Shown one piece after another: positions 46,075 through 56,031 of a DNA stretch of 64,000 bases; position 1 is the first letter of the stretch, and every line of letters starts with the position of its first letter. Location of the stretch: the NCBI RefSeq assembly GCF_000372725.1, contig NW_005202427.1:1090459-1154458 (forward strand), given 5' to 3'. Both the position numbers and the translations under genes were made by a program. The DNA comes from Emiliania huxleyi CCMP1516 (Eukaryota). The notes beneath the pieces are model-generated. The model worked only from the letters and a program-made list of their open reading frames with translations, was not told the origin of the DNA and made no database searches.

Positions 46075-48056
46075 TCACGCCACCACGAGCGACGCGGCGA
46101 GCAGCCTCTGCTCGGCGGCGTCTCGCGACCGCTCGGCGGGGCGGGGCGGGCCGACTGCAGCCGCCTCCTGCAGCTGCTGCGTGCAGACCATCGCGTGCTC
46201 GCGGTACGCCTCGGTGAGGGAGTGCTGCTGCGCGAGCAGCTCCTGCAGCGCGCCCGCCGCCTGCACCGACTCCTGCAGCGCGCTCTCGACCGACTCCTTC
46301 TGCTGCCCGAGCCGAGCTATCTCCTCGCTCGCCCAGCGCTCGACGGCTTGCCGCTCCACCCGCAGCCGCTGCGTCGCCTGCTCCACCTCCTTGAGGGCCG
46401 CGTCCGCCGCCCGCCCCTTGGCCGCCGCCTCGGCCCGCACCGCGTCCCGCTGCGCCTCCGCCGCCGCCACGTCCCTCCGCCGGCCGATGGCCTCTCGCTC
46501 CGTCGCCTGAACCGCAGCTTGGCGAACGTGAGAGCAGCCAGACCGCGGTGTACGGCGCGCAAGTACGGCGGTGTCGCCAGCTCGGCGGTCTCGGCGCGCG
46601 CCCGCATCCGGCTCGCCTCCTCGCGCGCAGCCTTCGCCTGTAGCAACCGTCTTGGAAGCTTCATTCGCAGGCGCACGGTGTCGCGCTGCGCCGCAGGGCC
46701 TCTGCCTGCGCGAGCGCCCGCTCGGCGGCGATGGCAGCCTCGTCGGCTGCAACCTGAGGGGAGACCAAGGCTCGTCACCGGTGTCGCGAGGCCCCACCTC
46801 CCGACCCCTCCCCTCGCCTTTGCGCGGCCGAGCTCGGCGCGCAGAGTCACGTCGCCCGCCACGGACCGCTCGCCAGCCTCGGCGGCGCGGGCGGCCGCCG
46901 CCGCGCGCAACGCGTCCGCCTCGGCCTGCACGTCGCACCGCTCGCGCCTCTCCCGCTCGAGCAGCGCGCGCGTCGACTCGAGCTGCGTCGCCAGCGCGTC
47001 GCTCGCCGCGGCAGCCGCCCGCTCCACCTCGGCCGCGCTCTCCCGCTCGGCCGCTAGCTCTGCCGCGTGCTGCCGCGCAGCCGCCTCGGCCGCCGCCTTG
47101 GAGGAGGCGGCCTGCCGCTGCAGGAGCTTGGTGGCGCCCTCCAGCTTCGCGCCAACCTCGGCCGCCCGCGCCTCCGCCTCGTGGCGCGCCGCGTCCGCCG
47201 CCTCCGCCTCGCGCCTCGCCAGCCCCGCCAGAGAGTCGAGCCGCCTCCCCTCCGCCCCGGCCGCGACGAGCTGGGCGTTCACCTGCTCGAGCTCGGCGCC
47301 GCGCAAGCCCGCCGTCTCCTCCAGCTCCGCCACGGAGCTCTGCGCCTCGCGCAGCTGCCGCTCGAGCGCCTGCGCCGCGCGCCCTCGCTCCGCTGCCCGC
47401 TCCTCCGCCAGCGAAACGCTGTACTCCGCCTCGCGCGCCGCGGCGGCGGCGGCGGTGCGCAGCGCGTCAGCCTCCCGCTGCAGCTCGGCCGTCCCCGCCG
47501 CCGCCGCCGCCGTCTCGGCACGCGACGCCGCGAGCTCCCGCCGAGCCGCCTCGAGCCGCGCCGCCTCGGCCGCCGCCGCCGCCGCCGCCGTCGCAGCGGC
47601 GTCCTCCGCCTCGGCCGCCCGCGCGCACGCCTCGGCGATGGCCTGCACCGCCGCCGCCTCGGACGCGCGCGCCCGCTGCGCCGCGCCGATCGCGTCGGCG
47701 AGGGAGGCCTCGGCCGCCGCGCGCTCCGAGCTCGCCTGGTCGCGCTCTCGCCTCGCCGCGGCGGCCGCCGCCTCGAGCTCCGAGTGCTCTGCGACGAGGA
47801 GCTGCAGCCGCGCCTGCATCTCGACCCACTCGGCGCGCGTCGTGCCCTCGGCGCCCTCGCCCTCGGCGGCCGGGCTTCCGACCGCGAGCTCGAGGTCGGC
47901 GTTCCTCTCGGAGAGCGCGAGCGCCTCCTGCAGCAGCTCGGTGTTGCGCGCTCGCAGGGCGTCGTTCTCAGCGGCGAGCGCCGCGACGCGCTGCATCGCT
48001 GCGTCGGCGGCGGCGATCTGCACGAGGCCGCTGTCTTGATCGAGCAATGCCTCCAT
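46075..48056 (-). CDS. Long coiled-coil protein, possibly centrosomal (SDCCAG8-like C-terminus); multi-exon, 5' end uncertain
   Basis: Continuous Ala/Glu/Arg heptads; C-terminal LQELLAQQHSLTEAYREHA..CTQQL. Confidence 0.55.
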
Positions 48057-48401
48057 CGTACGGACCTGGAGAGCCGACAGCGGGACAGCGGGACAGCTGG
48101 AGAGGCCCGAACTGTTCAACTGCTGGCGAGGTCGTACTTCCAGGCCTGGCTGTGGGAACAGCTCACGCAGTCTCGCCGAGGCTCGCCCCAGCACCTCGCC
48201 CCCCCGGGCAAGGGGGGACCCCGTGAGGCGTGGGAGTGCCTCGCCAGTTCAACTGCGTCACTTGTGTGAGCGTTTCCTCCCGTCCCGTTTCTTTTGGCTG
48301 AGGGAAAGATTTTTACCTGCCCCCCTGCCCCGCGATCCCTCGACAGCGTCGGGCGCCAACAGAACTCCCAGTGATGCGGATTGGCTTTCATGACGCCTTC
48401 G

Positions 48402-48566
48402 TGTAGAGCGCTGTAGAGCTGTAGAGATGTAGAGCGCTCTGGAGCGCTGTAGAGCGCTGTCTGTAGAGCTGTAGAGCTCTACAGCCGCCGCGGGACGAAC
48501 TGCGTGCGTTGTAGAGCGATGTAGAGGCGCTCTACAACGTGAAATCTCTACAACAAGACTCTACAT
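48402..48566. repeat. Cluster of direct and inverted tgtagag/ctctaca motifs (MITE-like)
   Basis: About 9 copies of (t)gtagag, followed by and mixed with about 4 copies of ctctaca. Confidence 0.7.
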
Positions 48567-49391
48567 CATAAGCGGCGAACGAGGCACGGTCGCTCTCCGA
48601 CATGAGGCGCGTTGCACTCGCCAGTGCTGCCCTGGCCCTCTGTCTGCCCGCCCAATGGGTGGGAGGTGCCTCTGCTGCTGTGGCATGCCTCACGGCTGCG
48701 ACTGGCCGGCGCCTCGGCGCGTCAGCTCGGCTCGGCGTAGCGATAGTGGCCAGCGCAACTCGCCTGGACTCAACGCTCAGCCAGGAGCTCCCGCACGCGC
48801 TGGCGCGAGTCATGGCGCATGCAACGCGTCTGAATGCTCGCCTCGCCTTGCGCAAATGCGACCGTCCTCGCCGCCGACAGTCCACCGCCTGCTAAAGAAG
48901 CACTGCGATGAATGCGGCACCGGCGACGCATGGCAGGCTGGTGATGACGCAGTTATGGGGTGTTGTGTGCCATCAGAGTGACTCTCTGTGTGTCAGGGAT
49001 CGTCAGGGCCGTCCATCAGAGCTCCGGTGTGATGGTGAGACGGGAGTTGGTGAGTTGAAAACGGGCGCGCGGGCCGCGGCGCAGCCCGCAGGGCGTGGAG
49101 CGTCTCTCATGATGCGTCCGTCCCAACAGCAACACCACACGAGCGAGAGAGCGCGGAGCACTTTCCCAAAATGTAGGCCACCTCGCGCGCTCTCGTCTTG
49201 GTCTCTTGCACTGTGTGTTTGGTCATTGCCACTTGGCGCCGAAGACGGCGAAGTCTTGCTCTGTTCTCGAGGCTCTCTTGGGGGAGGGGGTCAATCCTCG
49301 GCGTCAGACAGAAAAGAAAAAAACTCCGCCATTACGAAAGAGAATTTTTCAAAGACCACTACCCGGTCTACCCGTACCATCTCAATCGCAC

Positions 49392-50225
49392 CTAATCACA
49401 CACCACCGGCACCTCGACCGCCCGCGCGTAGGCCGCCGCCGCCTCCACCGCCGTGTCGAAGGTGCCGAGACAGAGCCGCCTCCCGTCCACTTTGTTGAAC
49501 GCCTGGAAGCGGCTAGCAGACTGCTGGTACACGTTCTTGTAGCCCGTGCGGTTGCTGCTGGAGAGGTGCAGGCGCAGCCCCTCGAAGTCCGCCACCACCG
49601 CCGAAGCCTCCCCGAAAGCACGTGCGTAGGCCACTGCCGCCTCGACTGCCGTGTCAAAGCTGCCGAGGTATTGGGGCGTTCCGTCGAAAGTCCAGGCTGC
49701 CTGGAATTTTCTGTCATATTGTCTGCTCACGCCCTTATAGCCGGTGCCGTTGCTGGAGAGGTGCAGGCGCAGGCCCTCCGCCTCTGGCACCACCTCTGCC
49801 GCTCGTTCCGCGTCTGCTGCTGTCTGCGCCGCCATCGCCGGGTCCGAAACCTGTCCCCCCAGCCCTCGCGCATGCCCTACCGCCCGCGCGTACGCCACCG
49901 CCGCTTGCACCGCCGTGCCGAAGTGGCCCAGGCGGACCTGCTTTCCGCCCACGTAGTGCTGCGCTCTGAAGCGGCCCGTGGCGAGTTTGGACACACCCGC
50001 GTACCCAGTTGTGCTCTTGCCGGAGAGGTGCAGGAGCACCCCGTCGGCCTCTGCCACCGGCGTTTCCATAGCCAGCTCTGTTGCAGCCGCCTCCGCTGCC
50101 GGCTCTTCCCCGTCGCGTCGGTCATCATTCCCCCGCGGAGGCTGCGGGGCCGATGCTGAATGCTGGAAGGAGATGGCGTCCTCTGCGGCCGTAGCGGCGG
50201 TACGTATGTGGCGCTTCCGCTTCAT
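49392..50225 (-). CDS. Protein with three tandem AP2-like DNA-binding domains
   Basis: Three repeats of LHLS....TGYxxV......RF.A...(D/G)G....LG.FxTAVxAAxAYARA; basic NLS-like start MKRKRH. Confidence 0.8.
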   Translation of the reverse strand: MKRKRHIRTAATAAEDAISFQHSASAPQPPRGNDDRRDGEEPAAEAAATELAMETPVAEADGVLLHLSGKSTTGYAGVSKLATGRFRAQHYVGGKQVRLGHFGTAVQAAVAYARAVGHARGLGGQVSDPAMAAQTAADAERAAEVVPEAEGLRLHLSSNGTGYKGVSRQYDRKFQAAWTFDGTPQYLGSFDTAVEAAVAYARAFGEASAVVADFEGLRLHLSSSNRTGYKNVYQQSASRFQAFNKVDGRRLCLGTFDTAVEAAAAYARAVEVPVVCD

Positions 50226-50271
50226 GTGCGTTGTCCTCGAGTAGCTTGGGTCTCTCAGAAACGCCGGGCAC

Positions 50272-50465
50272 AAAGAAGAAAGAAAGAAAACAGACAATCT
50301 AAGGGAGGGATGGGAGGACGGCACGCCGCCACCACACAGGGATTTTAAGGAGAGGTGTTGGTGTGTGGTGCGCTAGCCGTCGCCCACCCTAGGGAGTCTG
50401 CCTCTTCCTATCTCTTTTCGCAGTCTCTCGCCGATTCTCGCTGCAACCTTCATGCCACCTCGCGG
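50272..50465. repeat. Dispersed repeat family, copy 3 (inverted relative to copy 1)
   Basis: Reverse-complement match to about 925-1095 and 2049-2100. Confidence 0.85.
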
Positions 50466-51243
50466 CCGTCCCACTCTCGTCGTTCTCTCCCTTGTCACTT
50501 CCTCCTCTGTCGCGTCATTCTCTTCTGCCTCGTCCAGTAAACGCACAAACCCGGGTCTCTACACACTTCCTTTTCTTTTAGGTATATTGTTGGCAAGCGC
50601 GCAGCGGCGGGCGCGCTGCGGCCGCACGTCTACTTCGTCATAGTGCCACGACGTGCGGCCTAGATTTAGCCCACGCGCCTCTGCTCGCAAACACTCACCC
50701 ATTTGATTGTCGCTGTCCGTGAGTGCGAGATAGGGCTAGCCGCAGGCAGCTAGCCCATGAGGAGGGCGTCCATAGACACCTCACTAGACCCCACATACGG
50801 TCTCGTCCGTGCCTTGCGGCCGGCGAGATTGCTAGAGGTGGAGCATGCTGCTCTAGCCTCACATGTCACTTCCTGTGGTCTGTTGTTTGTTGTGCTCTTG
50901 TTTGTTTCTCTTGGCACCTTGGAGTGCTGGGGGGGGCGACAGGGAGGATATGGCCTTGAGTTATGTGTACGCCAACTCAGGGTGTGTGGCAGCCAGCTGG
51001 CTGAGTGTCTTGTGAGCCTTTTGTGTCTGTGTGTCGCTCGTGCGTGTCGTCATCATCTGTCCAGCGTCCACCCATACCGCGTTGGTGTCCAGTCCGAGCC
51101 TGGCTGTTCTTCACCTTTCTACCTACCTACCTTGGCAAATCAAGACACAGAGCTCACACTTCCTAGGTTCGGGCTCCACGAGTCCGCTGAATTCTTCTTT
51201 TACCCAAAATTCTTCTTACCTGTGCTGGTGTAGTGCGCGCACT

Positions 51244-51355
51244 AAAAAGAAAGAAAGAAAGAAAACAGACAACCCAAGGGAGGGATGGGAGGACGGCACG
51301 CCGCCACCACACAGGGATTTTAAGGAGAGGTGTGTGGTGCGCTATCCGTCGCGCA
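51244..51355. repeat. Dispersed repeat family, copy 4 (inverted relative to copy 1)
   Basis: aaagaaagaaagaaaacagacaacccaagggagggatgggaggacggcacgccgccaccacacagggattttaaggagaggtgtgtggtgcgctatccgtcgc. Confidence 0.85.
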
Positions 51356-51468
51356 CTAAAAAGGAATTTTATTACCGCGTCCGATTTCTCGATCCCAGCG
51401 CTCGCCGCCACCGGCGTCCACCGGCGTCCAAAAGAGGCGAGGGTGGCCGCCCTCCGGAGGGGGTGGCG

Positions 51469-52412
51469 ATGCCAGACGGGCCCGGCTCGATGGTCGGTAC
51501 CGCGCTCTCCTTCGTTCCGGGAGGCACGCTCCTCTCCTCCTGGCTCGCCTCCCTCGCGAGCTGGCTGGACAGCGCGAGCGGCCCGACGCTGGAGATCCCC
51601 GCGTTCATGGGCATGGACGGCGCCTATGTCGCCGAGCAGCGGAATGAGCTCTCTGAGTGCTACGGCTGGCTGCGGCTCGAGGGCCACGGCACGGCTGCGA
51701 TCCGGCGAACGGAGGCTCACATTCACACCACCAACGCCGACTGGGCAGTGCTGGACCCGGACACGGTGCGAATCGTGCCGCAGCCGGGACACGAGGCCGA
51801 GTTCCGCTTTGGGCCGCTGCTACTCACGGAGGGCGAGGAGGTAGGGTGCGTCCTCATGCGGCCGGAGGACCCGAGCGCAGCCTGCGCGTGCAACATGCGG
51901 TTCGTGCCCGAGGAGGACGAGGACGGACCCGGTTTGCAGCATCCTGGATGGGGCGGGCCAGGGAGTAGGTAGGGGAGGGGCAGAGGCAGACGACATAGAG
52001 GCGCGCATGAACTCGTCGTCTCCGGCTCGTCGTATTATTTCGTTTGGGGGAAATGGGTACGTGCGTACGTCAACGTGCGTGTCATACCCCAACGAGGTCT
52101 GCCACAACGTCTTCCTGGGCTCGGCCGCATGTGTGAACGCGGCGGCGGTTGCGAACCTCCGAGTGTCGCATGTCTTGAGCATCGTCGATCGGCGCATGGC
52201 GGCGCCGCCAGGCACGACACATCGCCCCTCTGCCGCGTTCCGGACGAGGAGCGAGCGCAGACCTCACGCCCGTAATGCGCGTCGCGCTGCCCTTCCTTGC
52301 CGCGGCTCTGCGCTCCGGCGGGCGCGTCCTCGTGCACTGCGACCGAGGCGCCTCACGATCTGCCTCGGTTGTCATTGCACACCTAATGCAACACCCCGTA
52401 AAGCAAGTGTAG
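51469..52412 (+). pseudogene. Dual-specificity phosphatase, frameshifted and truncated
   Basis: YPNEVCHNVFLGSA..LRVSHVLSI, then two frameshifts (about 52225 and 52257), then GGRVLVHCDRGASRSASVVIAHLM with a stop before the C-terminal RP/NxGF helix. Confidence 0.7.
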
Positions 52413-52854
52413 TGAGCCACTCACTCGGGCGTCTCGGCTGACGTTGATCGATCAGCGTTGATCTCTCCCTAGGCTATCGGTCCCCCGCTCGATCCTCGGA
52501 TCGCTCGCTCGTCGAAATCGATCGACTGTCGTTCCGGACTTTTCTTTTTTCGAAAACGCGCGCGCGCCCGTCGCGGCAAAACTGTCAGGTCCGCCGCGAC
52601 GCGTCGCCGCAATGGCGTGGCGTGCCCCGCGCCCGGCTGGCAGTAGGAGGGTATACGTACGCCGGTGAGACCACTGGTTTTGTCGACCATAAATTCTCGC
52701 CACTGGAACGCTAACCGTACTTACTTACAGCTGTTGTCTTGTACAGAGATGCCAGCACCCCCCAGCAGCAGAGCGCTGCTGCTGGGGGGGGGGTCGGCCA
52801 TGACTTTAGATGTGCAGGGGGGGTAGCGCTAGGGTAGCGAGCAAGGTGCGGCCG

Positions 52855-53220
52855 CTCCAATCTCCAATCTCCAATCTCCAATCTCGATTCGGGGCCCGGG
52901 GGAGGAGGGGGGCTCAAACCTTCAAGGAGATGCGCTATGGATTCATTCACAACGCAAAAGGATCTCCACCCTCTTTTCGCGCCATTTTGCAATCTCCAGT
53001 CGGCCCACACGATCTCTAGGCGCCTTTGGCGCGAAGTCAGAATTTCCACCTCTGTCGCAAGATCTCAAGCGACTGCACGCACCAACTCGACATCTCAGAC
53101 TCCTCTCGAGCATCTACACCGGAGAAGATTTGCCTCCACCCCAGTTCTTCAATCTACTGCTGCTCTTGGCAGGAGATTTGCCACTTATGAGATCTCTAAA
53201 AGGCATCTGCGATCTACAGT
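52855..53220. repeat. (ctccaat)n followed by 10-bp-phased NATCT motifs; probable transposon subterminal region
   Basis: Motifs start at 52961, 52991, 53011, 53041 (aattt), 53061, 53091, 53111, 53151, 53191 and 53211. Confidence 0.6.
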
Positions 53221-53564
53221 CCAAGGATCTTCCGATGTTGGGTAGAGATGTCCATGTATGGTCCTCCCGATGTGGGGGACTAGCCTAGCACTAGCCGTCT
53301 TCCACATGGTCCCTCGGGTCCCTGCTGCTCCTAATCTCTTGGTGACTCTTCGTGCTGTAGCCTGTTCATGGTACATCCTGATCCTCCTGCTCGCTGTGCT
53401 GATCTGCTCCGCAATAACGAATAAGTGCTAGAAGAGCGAGACGGACCACCTTAATAAATTAAGTTTAATAAATTAAGCCGTATAGACCTACGCTCTGTCC
53501 TCTCTCAGTCCGACCAACTCTAGACTCTACAGGGAGAATGTGCACGCACCCTAGTACCCATCGA

Positions 53565-55700
53565 CTACCCAACCCCTCCAAACTCGGTGCTCCCGCACAG
53601 CCCCGCCTCGCCCGCGGCCGCCTCGTCGCCGCCCCCTCTCAAGCACCACCGGCCGAGGTCGTGCGGCTGGAGCGCGTACGGGATGCCGGGCGGCACCACG
53701 CCACCCTCGCCGAGCAGGGTCAGCCCGAGGAAGAGCCGGTCGCGCCCCAGCCGGTTCCCGCGCCCGCGGTGCGAGGCCGACGGCGCGTAGAAGAGCACAG
53801 TTCCGGCCGGCACCGCGACGACCGTCCCCTCGCCCTCGCCCGCCGGCGCGCCGCCCCGCTGCGTGCCCGGCGCAACCTCGAGCGCGCCCTGGTCGGCGGC
53901 CGTGTCGACGAGCGACACCTGGACGCTCGCGAGGCGCGGGTCGCACGCGCCCGTGTCGGCGTGGAAGGACTGGTCCGCGGCGCCGCTCCGCGTCTGCATC
54001 ACCGAGCTCTCGAGCAGGACCTGCACCTCCGACCGCAGCGCCGCGAGCAGGAAGCCGCCCGCCCGCGCGGCGATCGCCTCGAGCGCCGCCAGGCTCACAC
54101 CCCGCACGTCGACCGCGCGCAGCGTCCGGCTGCTCGCCTGCCGAGCGCTGCACGCGTAACCGACTCTGGGACGTGCCACGGACGTGTCTGGGACGTGTCT
54201 GGGAAGTGTCCGGCTGCTCGCCTGCCGGATGCTGTACGTCCGGTCGAGCGCCTCGGCCGCGTCGCGCCTCAGCTCGGCCTCGACGCCCCGCCGCAGCCGC
54301 TCCACCAGCGGCAGCGACAGCAGCCGCGGGAAGAGGACAACCCCGTCTCGCTCCCACACCTCCACCGCCCTCCTCAGCTGCGCCGAGGAGGAGGGCGAGG
54401 CCTTGCCCGCCGGCAGGGCCACGCTAAGCTCGGACAGGGCGACGCCGCCTCCCGCCCGCCGCCGCTGCCCCCGACCCGCGCAGGCGCCGGCGTCTGCTGC
54501 GGCCGCCACCTCGCCGCCGCGCAGCAGCTCGGCCACACCCCTGTGCCCGTGATACGCGGCGGCGTACTGCGGAGTGACTCCGAAGCGGTCCCTCGCTGCC
54601 GCCGAGGCGCCATGCGCGACGAGCTCGGCGGCCGAAGCAAGGTCACCCTGCGCAGCCGCCACGTGCAGCGGTGTCTGGAGGTAGTCGGAGGTTGCAACGG
54701 CGGCGGAGGCGCCCCGCCGCAGCAGCAGCGGCACGGACGCGCTTCCCCGGTCCGAGACGGCGCGGTGGAGCGCCGTCTCGCCGGCCTTGTCTGCGGCGTC
54801 GATGCGCGCGCCGCGGTCGAGAAGCGCCTCGACCAGGGCGGACGAGCCGAGCCGGGTCGCCGCGTGGAGAGGGAGCGTCCCGTCCTCGCGCGCATGGTGA
54901 GGCGAGGCGCCCGCCTCGAGCAGCGACAAGGCGAGCGCGGCGTGGCTGCGCACGAGGGAGAGGAGCAGCGGGCGCCACTCGCCTGCCGCGGCCGCGTCGA
55001 CAGACGCGCCGGCCCGCAACAGGACCTCCACCACCGCCGCCTTCCCGTTCTCGGCGGCACGGTGCAGTGGCCTGGTCCCATCGCCAGGCTTGGCCGCCTC
55101 GACCGGCGCGCCCGCGCGCAGCAGCGCCTCCGCCACGTCGGCGTGGCCGTACTCGGCCGCGAAGTGCAGGGCCGTGGACCCGTCCGGCGACGTGGCGGAG
55201 GCGGAGGCCGAGTGCGCGAGCAGCGGCCGCACGACCTGCAGATGGCCGGCGGCAGCGGCGAGCAGCAGCGGCGTGAAGCCGCTGTAGACAGCGTCGGCGT
55301 CGGCGCCGTGCTCGAGCAGAGCCGCAGCCACGCCCGCGCTCCCCTTCTGCGCCGCGACGGCCAGCAAGGGCCACCCGTTGGGAGCCGAGCCACTCGCCGA
55401 GGCGCCTGCCGCCAGCAGCCTCCTCGCGGCGCCGGCGGCGCCCTGAGAGACTGCCCTCGCCAGATTCGCATCGAGGTCTGCGGCCGCTGCCGCCGACGTC
55501 GGTGGCGGCGCTGGGTCTGCCGCCGACGTTGGTGGCGCCTCGACGTTCGGTGTGGCTGCTCGCCAAAGCCAAGCACCCGCCGCCGCCGCCGCCGCCACAA
55601 GGACTGCAGCCAGAGCGAGGCCGATCCGGCTCTGTTGCTTGCCTCGCGCCGCATCGGCCGGCAGACCCCGCTTATGCGGCGGCCGGTGGGTTCGCGCCAT
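53565..55700 (-). CDS. Membrane-anchored ankyrin-repeat protein with a C-terminal PhyH-type 2OG-Fe(II) dioxygenase domain
   Basis: N-terminal TM; about 9 ankyrin repeats (TPLLLAA, TALHFAAEYGH, TALHRAV, TPLHVAA); WERDGVVLF, QSFHADT (HxD), GALEVAPGT, SHRGRGN...R. Confidence 0.85.
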   Translation of the reverse strand: MARTHRPPHKRGLPADAARGKQQSRIGLALAAVLVAAAAAAGAWLWRAATPNVEAPPTSAADPAPPPTSAAAAADLDANLARAVSQGAAGAARRLLAAGASASGSAPNGWPLLAVAAQKGSAGVAAALLEHGADADAVYSGFTPLLLAAAAGHLQVVRPLLAHSASASATSPDGSTALHFAAEYGHADVAEALLRAGAPVEAAKPGDGTRPLHRAAENGKAAVVEVLLRAGASVDAAAAGEWRPLLLSLVRSHAALALSLLEAGASPHHAREDGTLPLHAATRLGSSALVEALLDRGARIDAADKAGETALHRAVSDRGSASVPLLLRRGASAAVATSDYLQTPLHVAAAQGDLASAAELVAHGASAAARDRFGVTPQYAAAYHGHRGVAELLRGGEVAAAADAGACAGRGQRRRAGGGVALSELSVALPAGKASPSSSAQLRRAVEVWERDGVVLFPRLLSLPLVERLRRGVEAELRRDAAEALDRTYSIRQASSRTLPRHVPDTSVARPRVGYACSARQASSRTLRAVDVRGVSLAALEAIAARAGGFLLAALRSEVQVLLESSVMQTRSGAADQSFHADTGACDPRLASVQVSLVDTAADQGALEVAPGTQRGGAPAGEGEGTVVAVPAGTVLFYAPSASHRGRGNRLGRDRLFLGLTLLGEGGVVPPGIPYALQPHDLGRWCLRGGGDEAAAGEAGLCGSTEFGGVG

Positions 55701-56031
55701 ATTCGACACAAAGCTCCCTCTAACGACACTGGCGCGCACTGGCACTTGCCGGAGGTGCCAGCGACCCGCGAGCGAGGCGATTGTTCAAGATTTTTTTCTT
55801 GTGAGAATGGGGAAAATGGCACAAGTGTGAACGATGCAGACCCCTACAGGCCAGGAGCCCGAACCCTCTCTGGTGATCATCGCGCCTCTTTGGCGGCAGA
55901 GGGGCGCGAGTGCACGGTTAGAGCTAACCGCGAACTGGTGTCAGCTCAACTCAACACAAATCTTCGCACCAACACAATTCTTCGCGGGAGACGCTCGACG
56001 CCGGCGGGCAGCGCTACAGGCGGCAGTTTGA

